Shown here: piece after piece, positions 18,337 to 20,000 of the stretch
Layout of the letters: each line of letters opens with the position of its first letter
How positions within the stretch are numbered: the stretch's first letter is position 1
Assembly (NCBI GenBank): GCA_000442015.1
Contig: KE560678.1
Coordinates: 49,145 to 69,144 of the forward strand
Direction: 5' to 3'
DNA length: 20,000 nucleotides
From: Rozella allomycis CSF55
Taxonomy: Eukaryota
Notes under the pieces: generated by a model
Told to the model about the DNA's origin: nothing
Databases searched by the model: none
What the model saw: only the letters and a program-made list of their open reading frames with translations
Translations under genes and position numbers: made by a program

Positions 18337-18438
18337 TTATTATTCCATGAATTAAGTAGACCTTCAGTGAAAGACGTTATCCAAGTGAGATGTAAAAGAA
18401 TAAAGTACCATTCATAAACATAAATTTATTTCGTAAAC

Positions 18439-19866
18439 TCATGCATTTTCATTTTCTTGATTCACTATGTTCACTATGTACCCGGGTGTTTTTCCTTTAG
18501 TTTCTCGACACATGAAATACACAAATACAGATGCCACAATTAGAACACCCATGTACGGCAGAAAAAATAATCTTCCAAGGCCACCGACCATTGATTGAAA
18601 TGTTATCGCAACAATAAAATTGGAGACCCAATTCATTGTCACAGATACAGATCCTGCAGCGGGCACTGCATTTGGGGGAAATATATCAGAAGTGATAATC
18701 CAAGGGATGCAACCTAAGCCAATAGCGAAAAACGCAATAAAAAAGTATATTGCAATCACAAAAGGAACATTAATCGAAAAATTTAAAAAGATGACAATTA
18801 GGATACTACACAGCGCCTGCCCTATTGTGCCAACCAATAGCAAAGAGCGTCTTCCAAATTTTTCAACGAAATAAACAGTACTTAGAGTAAATAGAAAATT
18901 TGTCAATCCTAATCCCATTGAGACATATGTTGCTATATCAGAATTGCCAGCCTGTTGGAAAATAATTGTCGAAAAAAAGAAAACACCGTTAATCCCGGAA
19001 AATTGGAGAAACATTTGCAGCAAAACGTTAATAACAAGAGATCTATATGCGATTTTCGTCCTCAATAGTTGAGGTATACTAACATGAGTGAATGACCTTG
19101 ATTCTTCACTTAACTTCTTAAATTCTTCTTCGTTAAACGGAGAATTGAAGGTTTTATAAGACTCTAAGGCATAATTGGTATCGTTTTGTTTAATATAAAA
19201 TGAAGGACAATCATAGCAGAAGATTAAACCGACGAACTGAATTGTCGTTGTGATTACTCCAAATCCAAATAGCAAACGCCAGTTATTAGCGTCAAACCAA
19301 GGAATACCAAGAACCTGAGCCATAAAAATTCCAAAGACTAAGCTAATCGGATGAAGGGAACCTATAGCACCCCTAATACGGGCAGGTGCAATTTCACCCA
19401 GATATCCCGGCGCCGCTACAGTCGACAATCCAGAGGCGATTCCAATCAAAAATCTTCCAACAATAACAAGTTCGACAATATTAGCTAAACCCATACATAA
19501 AAATCCAGATAAGAAAAATGCATCCGCCAACATGAGCGTTTTTCTTCGACCAAACCACCCTATCAATAATCCAGACGATATGGCCGATATTATTCCTCCT
19601 ATGCTAAACATCGAAACGACAAGATCCCATTGTGACGCAGACGATGGCACGCATGCCAACAAAAGGCCTGATGAAGTATCCTGGCAGTGTAAAAATGTAT
19701 CAATTGGAGCATTAACAACAGATAGATTGTATCCATAGTTAAACGATGCTAATACTATCACAAAAGATGTAAAATAGATTTTTGATGAGAAATTCCGATT
19801 GCGGGGTATTGTTGTTGACATTTCCGAAAAAGTGTAGCAACGATTTTCATCATTATAGTGCACCAT
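18439..19866 (-). CDS. MFS sugar porter (GLUT/SLC2-like hexose transporter)
   Basis: SFNYGYNLSVVN, FGRRKTL, GEIAPARIRGAIG, LQFSGINGVFFFST, VEKFGRRSLLL, IPWIITSDIFP, ETKGKT; about 12 TM segments. The true start may be the second Met (MSTTIP). Confidence 0.92.
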   Translation of the reverse strand: MVHYNDENRCYTFSEMSTTIPRNRNFSSKIYFTSFVIVLASFNYGYNLSVVNAPIDTFLHCQDTSSGLLLACVPSSASQWDLVVSMFSIGGIISAISSGLLIGWFGRRKTLMLADAFFLSGFLCMGLANIVELVIVGRFLIGIASGLSTVAAPGYLGEIAPARIRGAIGSLHPISLVFGIFMAQVLGIPWFDANNWRLLFGFGVITTTIQFVGLIFCYDCPSFYIKQNDTNYALESYKTFNSPFNEEEFKKLSEESRSFTHVSIPQLLRTKIAYRSLVINVLLQMFLQFSGINGVFFFSTIIFQQAGNSDIATYVSMGLGLTNFLFTLSTVYFVEKFGRRSLLLVGTIGQALCSILIVIFLNFSINVPFVIAIYFFIAFFAIGLGCIPWIITSDIFPPNAVPAAGSVSVTMNWVSNFIVAITFQSMVGGLGRLFFLPYMGVLIVASVFVYFMCRETKGKTPGYIVNIVNQENENA

Positions 19867-19942
19867 ATGGTTACAATTTACAGGTTAAATAAATGAAAAA
19901 TTTAATATTCAATTAAAAGAATCCAGTTTATCGGTATACATC

Positions 19943-20000
19943 ATGTTCTTTGAAACGTTAAACCCAGGGAAGCCTTCGAAGGAAGAAATAGACATCCTCA
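19943..20000 (+). CDS. Possible 5' end of the next gene (MFFETLNPGKPSKEEIDIL...), 3'-partial
   Basis: ATG 76 bp from the divergent transporter start, open to the window end. Spacing is typical of this window; no family recognisable. Confidence 0.35.
   Translation, partial: MFFETLNPGKPSKEEIDIL

Noticed and set aside
1-20000. Mobile elements, CRISPR arrays, tRNA/rRNA genes or a functional gene cluster
   Set aside because: None recognisable by eye; neighbouring housekeeping genes are functionally unrelated.

Overview
AT-rich, very gene-dense eukaryotic DNA with tiny spliceosomal introns. It looks like a flagellated early-diverging fungus or fungal relative (Rozella/Cryptomycota- or chytrid-like); this is inferred from intron size, gene density and a DM10-NME7 gene, not from a database match. 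By splicing by hand I reconstructed 14 protein-coding genes plus a possible 15th start: ISY1 (partial), NDOR1/TAH18, a secreted pseudokinase-coiled-coil protein, a secreted Cys-containing orphan, AIP-like FKBP-TPR, UBE2O, NME7, TBC1D5-like RabGAP, DPH1, TMEM33, calnexin, a four-finger CreA/Mig1-like factor, alkaline phosphatase and a GLUT-like sugar porter. I count 39 introns; 38 start GTA and are 26-32 nt (mode 27). The most striking signal is in the splice sites. Three introns of exactly 27 nt (two in NME7, one in the TBC gene) best restore the protein when they end in TG rather than AG. UBE2O intron 1 has a perfect minor-spliceosome (U12) donor ATATCCTTT and branch-like TTTTCCTTAAT, and restores the homolog motif only as a 50-nt AT-AA intron. 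Together these suggest 3' splice sites chosen largely by distance, with a relaxed AG requirement. All gene models are manual predictions without RNA data; homolog comparisons are from memory.
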